From contig OZ249436.1 in the NCBI GenBank assembly GCA_965235115.1, forward strand, positions 25,236,001-25,300,000: a stretch of 64,000 nucleotides of DNA. The letters are read 5' to 3'. The stretch comes from Laetmonice hystrix. Lineage: Eukaryota. Both the position numbers and the translations under genes were made by a program. Shown in pieces: positions 1-12,200 of the stretch; the first letter of the stretch is position 1, and each line of letters starts with the position of its first letter. The notes beneath the pieces were generated by a model. It searched no databases. It saw only the letters and a program-made list of their open reading frames with translations, and was not told the DNA's origin.

Positions 1-1695
1 CGCAGCACCAACCCACTGCATTAACATTTGTTTAACAGCTTAACGCACCTTGTAAAAAATTTTCAAGTGCGTAAAAATGCGTGTCCACCTCCACATACTT
101 TAAAAATCACTATTTGATTCTCCAGCACGTATAGGATGTTTCAAGTAACATTTATCCACGGTCTGGCCCAACAACGTGCAACAAGGCATAGTAAGTCAAT
201 GCGAGCTCGCATGTCAAACCTAACCCGCCCCCCAGCACATGAGCTGAAAATATTCAAATAGCTTGAAAACTAGAATATAGCTTTGCTTAATACCATTATA
301 CCATCAACTCGCATTACAGGCCTAATGCGAAGCTCCCAGCCTAAAACGAGTTTCCAATTAATTTAAAGTTAACAAGATGCACTAATAATCGATTCCAAGC
401 CTAATTAGGCCATTGCTAGTTGGATAACCAAATCTCATACAAAATACACCCTCCCGGCAGATGACCTGAGAATATTCAACTCTTATGTCCGATATATCCC
501 TGTCCGCTTAGTAGCACCCAGCCGGGCCCCCATTTTGACATTGCAACACCAATACAGCAAGTGCCCAGCTAACAGCACAAATAACAGGATTCAGGGCTTC
601 CTACCACGTTACAAGTCACAATAGATTGCTGCCTGTCGTAAAAATATACCAGACCATTTTAAAAAGTCACAGAACCCCAATCCGGCCCTAATATGTCACT
701 CCCAGTACCAATAGACGCTGGAAGCACCATCAACTGAAATTCAGGCCTAGAACCCACCTCTCTCTACCAATATCATGCACCTAGTCCGTATACGAGGTTG
801 TAATTTACTTTAATCAACGGGCTGCGCCGCAGCAACCCACTCTGGTCTTTGCAATCTTTTTCAATATGCGTTAACATTTGTGACCAGCTCAACGCGCCTT
901 GTAAAATTTTTCAAAGTGCGTAAAAGTGTGTGTCCACCCCGACACGCTTTCCAAACCACTATACCCACCGAGCGACATCCACTCAAATACAGGCTTCGAC
1001 CGATCCTCACTGTGCCAATAATCCGCCACAAGGCAAATTCAGTCAATGCAAGCTGGAAAATCGAATGTCAAACCTAATGCTCCCCCCCCCCAGCACGTTA
1101 ACTGAAAAAAATCAACTAGCTTGAAAACTAGAATATAGCTTTGTTTAGCTAACAATCTACTCTCCCAGCGCCATCAACTCGCATACAGGCGTAAAAGCAA
1201 ACGCACTGCCCCATATAATGCTCCCAGCCTAAAACGATGTTGCAATTAATTTAAAATTAACAAGATGCACTAGTAATCCGATCCAAGCCTAATTACGTCA
1301 TTGCTAGTTTCATTACCAAATCTCACAGAAAATACCCCACCCGCGCACATAACCTGAAAATATTCAACTTTTATCTCCAATGTATCCCTGTGCACCTAGT
1401 AGCACCCAAGCGGGCCCAATTTTGACATTCCAACACAAATACCGCAAATACCCGCCTAATGGCACAAAAAACTTTCTACCCCGTTGCAAGTCACATTAGC
1501 TTGCTGCTTGTAAAAAATGGTGCAGACCATTTCTAAAGTCACAGTACCCCACTCCCGGCCTAATATTACGTTTCAGTATCCATATACGCTGCAAGCGGCA
1601 AGAACTCGAATACAGGCCTAAAAGTAACCCCAGTCTAGCAATATCATACTCTCATGCCATATACGAGCTTGTAATTATCTTTAATTAATGGGCTC
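1..1695 (+). repeat. Short unit variant carrying a 56 bp deletion in subunit A (also units starting at 5202, 10405, 12104 and 54101)
   Basis: Reads aatcactat|ttgattc where full units have 56 extra bp (1809-1864 in unit 2). Junctions follow positions 113, 5314, 10517, 12216 and 54212. Confidence 0.95.
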
Positions 1696-2578
1696 CGCAG
1701 CACCAACCCACTGCATTAACATTTGTTTAACAGCTTAACGCACCTTGTAAAAAATTTTCAAGTGCGTAAAAATGCGTGTCCACCTCCACATACTTTAAAA
1801 ATCACTATACCCACCCAGCGACATTCACTCTAATACACGCCTAAGAGGAACTTCACTGTCCCATTTGATTCTCCAGCACGTATAGGATGTTTCAAGTAAC
1901 ATTCATCCACGGTCTGGCCCAATAACGTGCAACAAGGCATAGTAAGTCAATGCGAGCTCGCATGTCAAACCTAACCCGCCCCCCAGCACATGAGCTGAAA
2001 ATATTCAAATAGCTTGAAAACTAGAATATAGCTTTGCTTAATACCATTATACCATCAACTCGCATTACAGGCCTAATGCGAAGCTCCCAGCCTAAAACGA
2101 GTTTCCAATTAATTTAAAGTTAACAAGATGCACTAATAATCGATTCCAAGCCTAATTAGGCCATTGCTAGTTGGATAACCAAATCTCATACAAAATACAC
2201 CCTCCCGGCAGATGACCTGAGAATATTCAACTCTTATGTCCGATATATCCCTGTCCGCTTTGTAGCACCCAGCCGGGCCCCCATTTTGACATTGCAACAC
2301 CAATACAGCAAGTGCCCAGCTAACAGCACAAATAACAGGATTCAGGGCTTCCTACCACGTTACAAGTCACAATAGATTGCTGCCTGTCGTAAAAATATAC
2401 CAGACCATTTTAAAAAGTCACAGAACCCCAATCCGGCCCTAATATGTCACTCCCAGTACCAATACACTCTGGAAGCACCATCAACTGAAATTCAGGCCTA
2501 GAACCCACCTCTCTCTACCAATATCATGCACCTAGTCCGTATACGAGGTTGTAATTTACTTTAATCAACGGGCTGCGC
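1696..2578 (+). repeat. Subunit A of the dimeric unit (883 bp, representative full-length copy)
   Basis: Colinear homology to subunit B, e.g. A aacgcaccttgtaaaaaattttcaagtgcgtaaaaatgcgtgtccacc vs B aacgcgccttgtaaaatttttcaaagtgcgtaaaagtgtgtgtccacc. Confidence 0.95.
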
Positions 2579-3449
2579 CGCAGCAACCCACTTTGGTCTT
2601 TGCAATCTTTTTCAATATGCGTTAACATTTGTAACCAGCTCAACGCGCCTTGTAAAATTTTTCAAAGTGCGTAAAAGTGTGTGTCCACCCCGACACGCTT
2701 TCCAAACCACTATACCCACCGAGCGACATCCACTCAAATACAGGCTTCGACCGATCCTCACTGTGCCAATAATCCGCCACAAGGCAAATTCAGTCAATGC
2801 AAGCTGGAAAATCGAATGTCAAACCTAATACTCCCCCCCCCCCAGCACGTTAACTGAAAATAATCAACTAGCTTGAAAACTAGAATATAGCTTTGTTAAG
2901 CTAACAATCTACTCTCCCAGCGCCATCAACTCGCATACAGGCGTAAAAGCAAACGCACTGCCCCATATAATGCTCCCAGCCTAAAACGATGTTGCAATTA
3001 ATTTAAAATTAACAAGATGCACTAGTAATCCGATCCAAGCCTAATTACGTCATTGCTAGTTTCATAACCAAATCTCACAGAAAATACCCCACCCGCGCAC
3101 ATAACCTGAAAATATTCAACTTTTATCTCCAATGTATCCCTGTGCACCTAGTAGCACCCAAGCGGGCCCAATTTTGACATTCCAACACAAATACCGCAAA
3201 TACCCGCCTAATGGCACAAAAAACTTTCTACCCCGTTGCAAGTCACATTAGCTTGCTGCTTGTCGTAAAAAATGGTGCAGACCATTTCTAAAGTCACAGT
3301 ACCCCACTCCCGGCCTAATATTACGTTTCAGTATCCATATACGCTGCAAGCGGCAGGAACTCGAATACAGGCCTAAAAGTAACCCCAGTCTAGCAATATC
3401 ATACTCTTATGCCATATACGAGCTTGTAATTATCTTTAATTAATGGCTC
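2579..3449 (+). repeat. Subunit B of the dimeric unit (~870 bp, representative copy)
   Basis: Aligns end to end with A, with many substitutions and several indels. Ends tatacgagcttgtaattatctttaattaatgg vs A tatacgaggttgtaatttactttaatcaacgg. Confidence 0.95.
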
Positions 3450-6282
3450 CGCAGCACCAACCCACTGCATTAACATTTGTTTAACAGCTTAACGCACCTT
3501 GTAAAAAATTTTCAAGTGCGTAAAAATGCGTGTCCACCTCCACATACTTTAAAAATCACTATACCCACCCAGCGACATTCACTCTAATACACGCCTAAGA
3601 GGAACTTCACTGTCCCATTTGATCCTCCAGCACGTATAGGATGTTTCAAGTAACATTTATCCACGGTCTGGCCCAATAACGTGCAACAAGGCATAGTAAG
3701 TCAATGCGACCTCGCATGTCAAACCTAACCCGCCCCCCAGCACATGAGTTGGAGATATTCAAATAGCTTGAAAACTAGAATATAGCTTTGCTTAATACCA
3801 TTATACCATCAACTCGCATTACAGGCCTAATGCGAAGCTCCCAGCCTAAAACGAGTTTCCAATTAATTTAAAGTTAACAAGATGCGCTAATAATCGATTC
3901 CAAGCCTAATTAGGTCATTGCTAGTTGGATAACCAAATCTCATACAAAATACACCCTCCCGGCAGATGACCTGAGAATATTCAACTCTTATGTCCGATAT
4001 ATCCCTGTCCGCTTAGTAGCACCCAGCCGGGCCCCCATTTTGACATTGCAACACCAATACAGCAAGTGCCCAGCTAACAGCACAAATAACAGGATTCAGG
4101 GCTTCCTACCACGTTACAAGTCACAATAGATTGCTGCCTGTCGTAAAAATATACCAGACCATTTTAAAAAGTCACAGAACCCCAATCCGGCCCTAATATG
4201 TCACTCCCAGTACCAATACACTCTGGAAGCACCATCAACTGAAATTCAGGCCTAGAACCCACCTCTCTCTACCAATATCATGCACCTAGTCCGTATACGA
4301 GGTTGTAATTTCCTTTAATCAACGGGTTGCGCCGCAGCAACCCACTCTGGTCTTTGCAATCTTTTTCAATATGCGTTAACATTTGTGACCAGCTCAACGC
4401 GCCTTGTAAAATTTTTCAAAGTGCGTAAAAGTGTGTGTCCACCCCGTCACGCTTTCCAAACCACTATACCCACCGAGCGACATCCACTCAAATACAGGCT
4501 TCGACCGATCCTCACTGTGCCAATAATCCGCCACAAGGCAAATTCAGTCAATGCAAGCTGGAAAATCGAATGTCAAACCTAATGCTCCCCCCCCCAGCAC
4601 GTTAACTGAAAATAATCAACTAGCTTGAAAACTAGAATATAGCTTTGTTTAGCTAACAATCTACTCTCCCAGCGCCATCAACTCGCATACAGGCGTAAAA
4701 GCAAACGCACTGCCCCATATAATGCTCCCAGCCTAAAACGATGTTGCAATTAATTTAAAATTAACAAGATGCACTAGTAATCCGATCCAAGCCTAATTAC
4801 GTCATTGCTAGTTTCATAACCAAATCTCACAGAAAATACCCCATCCGCGCACATAACCTGAAAATATTCAACTTTTATCTCCAATGTATCCCTGTGCACC
4901 TAGTAGCACCCAAGCGGGCCCAATTTTGACATTCCAACACAAATACCGCAAATACCCGCCTAATGGCACAAAAAACTTTCTACCCCGTTGCAAGTCACAT
5001 TAGCTTGCTGCTTGTCGTAAAAAATGGTGCAGACCATTTCTAAAGTCACAGTACCCCACTCCCGGCCTAATATTACGTTTCAGTATCCATATACGCTGCA
5101 AGCGGCAGGAACTCGAATACAGGCCTAAAAGTAACCCCAGTCTAGCAATATCATACTCTCATGCCATATACGAGCTTGTAATTATCTTTAATTAATGGCT
5201 CCGCAGCACCAACCCACTGCATTAACATTTGTTTAACAGCTTAACGCACCTTGTAAAAAATTTTCAAGTGCGTAAAAATGCGTGTCCACCTCCACATACT
5301 TTAAAAATCACTATTTGATTCTCCAGCACGTATAGGATGTTTCAAGTAACATTTATCCACGGTCTGGCCCAACAACGTGCAACAAGGCATAGTAAGTCAA
5401 TGCGAGCTCGCATGTCAAACCTAACCCGCCCCCCAGCACATGAGCTGAAAATATTCAAATAGCTTGAAAACTAGAATATAGCTTTGCTTAATACCATTAT
5501 ACCATCAACTCGCATTACAGGCCTAATGCGAAGCTCCCAGCCTAAAACGAGTTTCCAATTAATTTAAAGTTAACAAGATGCACTAATAATCGATTCCAAG
5601 CCTAATTAGGCCATTGCTAGTTGGATAACCAAATCTCATACAAAATACACCCTCCCGGCAGATGACCTGAGAATATTCAACTCTTATGTCCGATATATCC
5701 CTGTCCGCTTAGTAGCACCCAGCCGGGCCCCCATTTTGACATTGCAACACCAATACAGCAAGTGCCCAGCTAACAGCACAAATAACAGGATTCAGGGCTT
5801 CCTACCACGTTACAAGTCACAATAGATTGCTGCCTGTCGTAAAAATATACCAGACCATTTTAAAAAGTCACAGAACCCCAATCCGGCCCTAATATGTCAC
5901 TCCCAGTACCAATAGACGCTGGAAGCACCATCAACTGAAATTCAGGCCTAGAACCCACCTCTCTCTACCAATATCATGCACCTAGTCCGTATACGAGGTT
6001 GTAATTTACTTTAATCAACGGGCTGCGCCGCAGCAACCCACTCTGGTCTTTGCAATCTTTTTCAATATGCGTTAACATTTGTGACCAGCTCAACGCGCCT
6101 TGTAAAATTTTTCAAAGTGCGTAAAAGTGTGTGTCCACCCCGACACGCTTTCCAAACCACTATACCCACCGAGCGACATCCACTCAAATACAGGCTTCGA
6201 CCGATCCTCACTGTGCCAATAATCCGCCACAAGGCAAATTCAGTCAATGCAAGCTGGAAAATCGAATGTCAAACCTAATGCT

Positions 6283-6295
6283 CCCCCCCCCCCCC
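6283..6295 (+). repeat. Length-variable poly-C tract in subunit B (C7 to C13; longest copy shown)
   Basis: The tract in cctaatgct(C)nagcacg varies between units and accounts for most of the 1750-1756 bp unit-length variation. Confidence 0.85.
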
Positions 6296-9200
6296 AGCAC
6301 GTTAACTGAAAAAAATCAACTAGCTTGAAAACTAGAATATAGCTTTGTTTAGCTAACAATCTACTCTCCCAGCGCCATCAACTCGCATACAGGCGTAAAA
6401 GCAAACGCACTGCCCCATATAATGCTCCCAGCCTAAAACGATGTTGCAATTAATTTAAAATTAACAAGATGCACTAGTAATCCGATCCAAGCCTAATTAC
6501 GTCATTGCTAGTTTCATTACCAAATCTCACAGAAAATACCCCACCCGCGCACATAACCTGAAAATATTCAACTTTTATCTCCAATGTATCCCTGTGCACC
6601 TAGTAGCACCCAAGCGGGCCCAATTTTGACATTCCAACACAAATACCGCAAATACCCGCCTAATGGCACAAAAAACTTTCTACCCCGTTGCAAGTCACAT
6701 TAGCTTGCTGCTTGTAAAAAATGGTGCAGACCATTTCTAAAGTCACAGTACCCCACTCCCGGCCTAATATTACGTTTCAGTATCCATATACGCTGCAAGC
6801 GGCAAGAACTCGAATACAGGCCTAAAAGTAACCCCAGTCTAGCAATATCATACTCTCATGCCATATACGAGCTTGTAATTATCTTTAATTAATGGGCTCC
6901 GCAGCACCAACCCACTGCATTAACATTTGTTTAACAGCTTAACGCACCTTGTAAAAAATTTTCAAGTGCGTAAAAATGCGTGTCCACCTCCACATACTTT
7001 AAAAATCACTATACCCACCCAGCGACATTCACTCTAATACACGCCTAAGAGGAACTTCACTGTCCCATTTGATTCTCCAGCACGTATAGGATGTTTCAAG
7101 TAACATTCATCCACGGTCTGGCCCAATAACGTGCAACAAGGCATAGTAAGTCAATGCGAGCTCGCATGTCAAACCTAACCCGCCCCCCAGCACATGAGCT
7201 GAAAATATTCAAATAGCTTGAAAACTAGAATATAGCTTTGCTTAATACCATTATACCATCAACTCGCATTACAGGCCTAATGCGAAGCTCCCAGCCTAAA
7301 ACGAGTTTCCAATTAATTTAAAGTTAACAAGATGCACTAATAATCGATTCCAAGCCTAATTAGGCCATTGCTAGTTGGATATCCAAATCTCATACAAAAT
7401 ATACCCTCCCGGCAGATGACCTGAGAATATTCAACTCTTATGTCCGATATATCCCTGTCCGCTTTGTAGCACCCAGCCGGGCCCCCATTTTGACATTGCA
7501 ACACCAATACAGCAAGTGCCCAGCTAACAGCACAAATAACAGGATTCAGGGCTTCCTACCACGTTACAAGTCACAATAGATTGCTGCCTGTCGTAAAAAT
7601 ATACCAGACCATTTTAAAAAGTCACAGAACCCCAATCCGGCCCTAATATGTCACTCCCAGTACCAATACACTCTGGAAGCACCATCAACTGAAATTCAGG
7701 CCTAGAACCCACCTCTCTCTACCAATATCATGCACCTAGTCCGTATACGAGGTTGTAATTTACTTTAATCAACGGGCTGCGCCGCAGCAACCCACTTTGG
7801 TCTTTGCAATCTTTTTCAATATGCGTTAACATTTGTAACCAGCTCAACGCGCCTTGTAAAATTTTTCAAAGTGCGTAAAAGTGTGTGTCCACCCCGACAC
7901 GCTTTCCAAACCACTATACCCACCGAGCGACATCCACTCAAATACAGGCTTCGACCGATCCTCACTGTGCCAATAATCCGCCACAAGGCAAATTCAGTCA
8001 ATGCAAGCTGGAAAATCGAATGTCAAACCTAATACTCCCCCCCCCAGCACGTTAACTGAAAATAATCAACTAGCTTGAAAACTAGAATATAGCTTTGTTA
8101 AGCTAACAATCTACTCTCCCAGCGCCATCAACTCGCATACAGGCGTAAAAGCAAACGCACTGCCCCATATAATGCTCCCAGCCTAAAACGATGTTGCAAT
8201 TAATTTAAAATTAACAAGATGCACTAGTAATCCGATCCAAGCTTAATTACGTCATTGCTAGTTTCATAACCAAATCTCACAGAAAATACCCCACCCGGGC
8301 ACATAACCTGAAAATATTCAACTTTTATCTCCAATGTATCCCTGTGCACCTAGTAGCACCCAAGCGGGCCCAATTTTGACATCCCAACACAAATACCGCA
8401 AATACCCGCCTAATGGCACAAAAAACTTTCTACCCCGTTGCAAGTCACATTAGCGTGCTGCTTGTCGTAAAAAATGGTGCAGACCATTTCTAAAGTCACA
8501 GTACCCCACTCCCGGCCTAATATTACGTTTCAGTATCCATATACGCTGCAAGCGGCAGGAACTCGAATACAGGCCTAAAAGTAACCTCAGTCTAGCAATA
8601 TCATACTCCCATGCCATATACGAGCTTGTAATTATCTTTAATTAATGGGCTCCGCAGCACCAACCCACTGCATTAACATTTGTTTAACAGCTTAACGCAC
8701 CTTGTAAAATTTTTTCAAGTGCGTAAAAATGCGTGTCCACCTCCACATACTTTAAAAATCACTATACCCACCCAGCGACATCCACTCTAATACACGCCTA
8801 AAAGGAACTTCACTGTCCCATTTGATTCTCCAGCACGTATAGGATGTTTCAAGTAACATTCATCCACGGTCTGGCCCAATAACGTGCAACAAGGCGTAGT
8901 AAGTCAATGCGACCTCGCATGTCAAACCTAACCCGCCCCCCAGCACATGAGCTGAAAATATTCAAATAGCGTGAAAACTAGAATATAGCTTTGCTTAATA
9001 CCATTATACCATCAACTCGCATTACAGGCCTAATGCGAAGCTCCCAGCCTAAAACGAGTTTCCAATTAATTTAAAGTTAACAAGATGCACTAATAATCGA
9101 TTCCAAGCCTAATTAGGCCATTGCTAGTTGGATAACCAAATCTCATACAAAATACACCCTCCCGGCAGATGACCTGAGAATATTCAACTCTTATGTCCGA

Positions 9201-12200
9201 TATATCCCTGTCCGCTTAGTAGCACCCAGCCGGGCCCCCATTTTGACATTGCAACACCAATACAGCAAGTGCCCAGCTAACAGCACAAATAACAGGATTC
9301 AGGGCTTCCTACCACGTTACAAGTCACAATAGATTGCTGCCTGTCGTAAAAATATACCAGACCATTTTAAAAAGTCACAGAACCCCAATCCGGCCCTAAT
9401 ATGTCACTCCCAGTACCAATACACTCTGGAAGCACCATCAACTGAAATTCAGGCCTAGAACCCACCTCTCTCTACCAATATCATGCACCTAGTCCGTATA
9501 CGAGGTTGTAATTTCCTTTAATCAACGGGTTGCGCCGCAGCAACCCACTCTGGTCTTTGCAATCTTTTTCAATATGCGTTAACATTTGTGACCAGCTCAA
9601 CGCGCCTTGTAAAATTTTTCAAAGTGCGTAAAAGTGTGTGTCCACCCCGTCACGCTTTCCAAACCACTATACCCACCGAGCGACATCCACTCAAATACAG
9701 GCTTCGACCGATCCTCACTGTGCCAATAATCCGCCACAAGGCAAATTCAGTCAATGCAAGCTGGAAAATCGAATGTGAAACCTAATGCTCCCCCCCCAGC
9801 ACGTTAACTGAAAATAATCAACTAGCTTGAAAACTAGAATATAGCTTTGTTTAGCTAACAATCTACTCTCCCAGCGCCATCAACTCGCATACAGGCGTAA
9901 AAGCAAACGCACTGCCCCATATAATGCTCCCAGCCTAAAACGATGTTGCAATTAATTTAAAATTAACAAGATGCACTAGTCATCCGATCCAAGCCTAATT
10001 ACGTCATTGCTAGTTTCATAACCAAATCTCACAGACAATACCCCACCCGCGCACATAACCTGAAAATATTCAACTTTTATCTCCAATGTATCCCTGTGCA
10101 CCTAGTAGCACCCAAGCGGGCCCAATTTTGACATTCCAACACAAATACCGCAAATACCCGCCTAATGGCACAAAAAACTTTCTACCCCGTTGCAAGTCAC
10201 ATTAGCTTGCTGCTTGTCGTAAAAAATGGTGCAGACCATTTCTAAAGTCACAGTACCCCACTCCCGGCCTAATATTACGTTTCAGTATCCATATACGCTG
10301 CAAGCGGCAGGAACTCGAATACAGGCCTAAAAGTAACCCCAGTCTAGCAATATCATACTCTCATGCCATATACGAGCTTGTAATTATCTTTAATTAATGG
10401 GCTCCGCAGCACCAACCCACTGCATTAACATTTGTTTAACAGCTTAACGCACCTTGTAAAAAATTTTCAAGTGCGTAAAAATGCGTGTCCACCTCCACAT
10501 ACTTTAAAAATCACTATTTGATTCTCCAGCACGTATAGGATGTTTCAAGTAACATTTATCCACGGTCTGGCCCAACAACGTGCAACAAGGCATAGTAAGT
10601 CAATGCGAGCTCGCATGTCAAACCTAACCCGCCCCCCAGCACATGAGCTGAAAATATTCAAATAGCTTGAAAACTAGAATATAGCTTTGCTTAATACCAT
10701 TATACCATCAACTCGCATTACAGGCCTAATGCGAAGCTCCCAGCCTAAAACGAGTTTCCAATTAATTTAAAGTTAACAAGATGCACTAATAATCGATTCC
10801 AAGCCTAATTAGGCCATTGCTAGTTGGATAACCAAATCTCATACAAAATACACCCTCCCGGCAGATGACCTGAGAATATTCAACTCTTATGTCCGATATA
10901 TCCCTGTCCGCTTAGTAGCACCCAGCCGGGCCCCCATTTTGACATTGCAACACCAATACAGCAAGTGCCCAGCTAACAGCACAAATAACAGGATTCAGGG
11001 CTTCCTACCACGTTACAAGTCACAATAGATTGCTGCCTGTCGTAAAAATATACCAGACCATTTTAAAAAGTCACAGGACCCCAATCCGGCCCTAATATGT
11101 CACTCCCAGTACCAATACACGCTGGAAGCACCATCAACTGAAATTCAGGCCTAGAACCCACCTCTCTCTACCAATATCATGCACCTAGTCCGTACACGAG
11201 GTTGTAATTTACTTTAATCAACGGGCTGCGCCGCAGCAACCCACTCTGGTCTTTGCAATCTTTTTCAATATGCGTTAACATTTGTAACCAGCTCAACGCG
11301 CCTTGTAAAATTTTTCAAAGTGCGTAAAAGTGTGTGTCCACCCCGACACGCTTTCCAAACCACTATACCCACCGAGCGACATCCACTCAAATACAGGCTT
11401 CGACCGATCCTCACTGTGCCAATAATCCGCCACAAGGCAAATTCAGTCAATGCAAGCTGGAAAATCGAATGTCAAACCTAATGCTCCCCCCCCCCCAGCA
11501 CGTTAACTGAAAATAATCAACTAGCTTGAAAACTAGAATATAGCTTTGTTAAGCTAACAATCTACTCTCCCAGCGCCATCAACTCGCATACAGGCGTAAA
11601 AGCAAACGCACTGCCCCATATAATGCTCCCAGCCTAAAACGATGTTGCAATTAATTTAAAATTAACAAGATGCACTAGTAATCCGATCCAAGCCTAATTA
11701 CGTCATTGCTAGTTTCATAACCAAATCTTACAGAAAATACCCCACCCGCGCACATAACCTGAAAATATTCAACTTTTATCTCCAATGTATCCCTGTGCAC
11801 CTAGTAGCACCCAAGCGGGCCCAATTTTGACATTCCAACACAAATACCGCAAATACCCGCCTAATGGCACAAAAAACTTTCTACCCCGTTGCAAGTCACA
11901 TTAGCTTGCTGCTTGTCGTAAAAAATGGTGCAGACCATTTCTAAAGTCACAGTACCCCACTCCCGGCCTAATATTACGTTTCAGTATCCATATACGCTGC
12001 AAGCGGCAGGAACTCGAATACAGGCCTAAAAGTAACCCCAGTCTAGCAATATCATACTCTCATGCCATATACGAGCTTGTAATTATCTTTAATTAATGGG
12101 CTCCGCAGCACCAACCCACTGCATTAACATTTGTTTAACAGCTTAACGCACCTTGTAAAAAATTTTCAAGTGCGTAAAAATGCGTGTCCACCTCCACATA

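Noticed and set aside
336..350. CENP-B-box-like match (ccagcctaaaacgag, 7 of 9 core positions on the minus strand); weaker match ttcgaccgatcc in B
   Set aside because: Essential core positions are missing, and several 7/9 matches are expected by chance in a 1.75 kb unit.
478..580. A/B divergence as a relic of a protein-coding repeat
   Set aside because: Mismatches in the segment I aligned show no codon periodicity, and a single-base indel is present.
861..1124. Recurrent 61-65 aa ORFs (MTEFALW..., MTSSTRL..., MSTPTRF...)
   Set aside because: They are short, overlap in three frames, use non-ATG starts and show no recognisable domain. They are disrupted in the homologous A subunit and appear or vanish with SNPs and poly-C length. 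Their repetition only reflects the array.
6283..6295. Poly-C length variation as phase variation
   Set aside because: No gene is affected; homopolymer slippage or sequencing error explains it.
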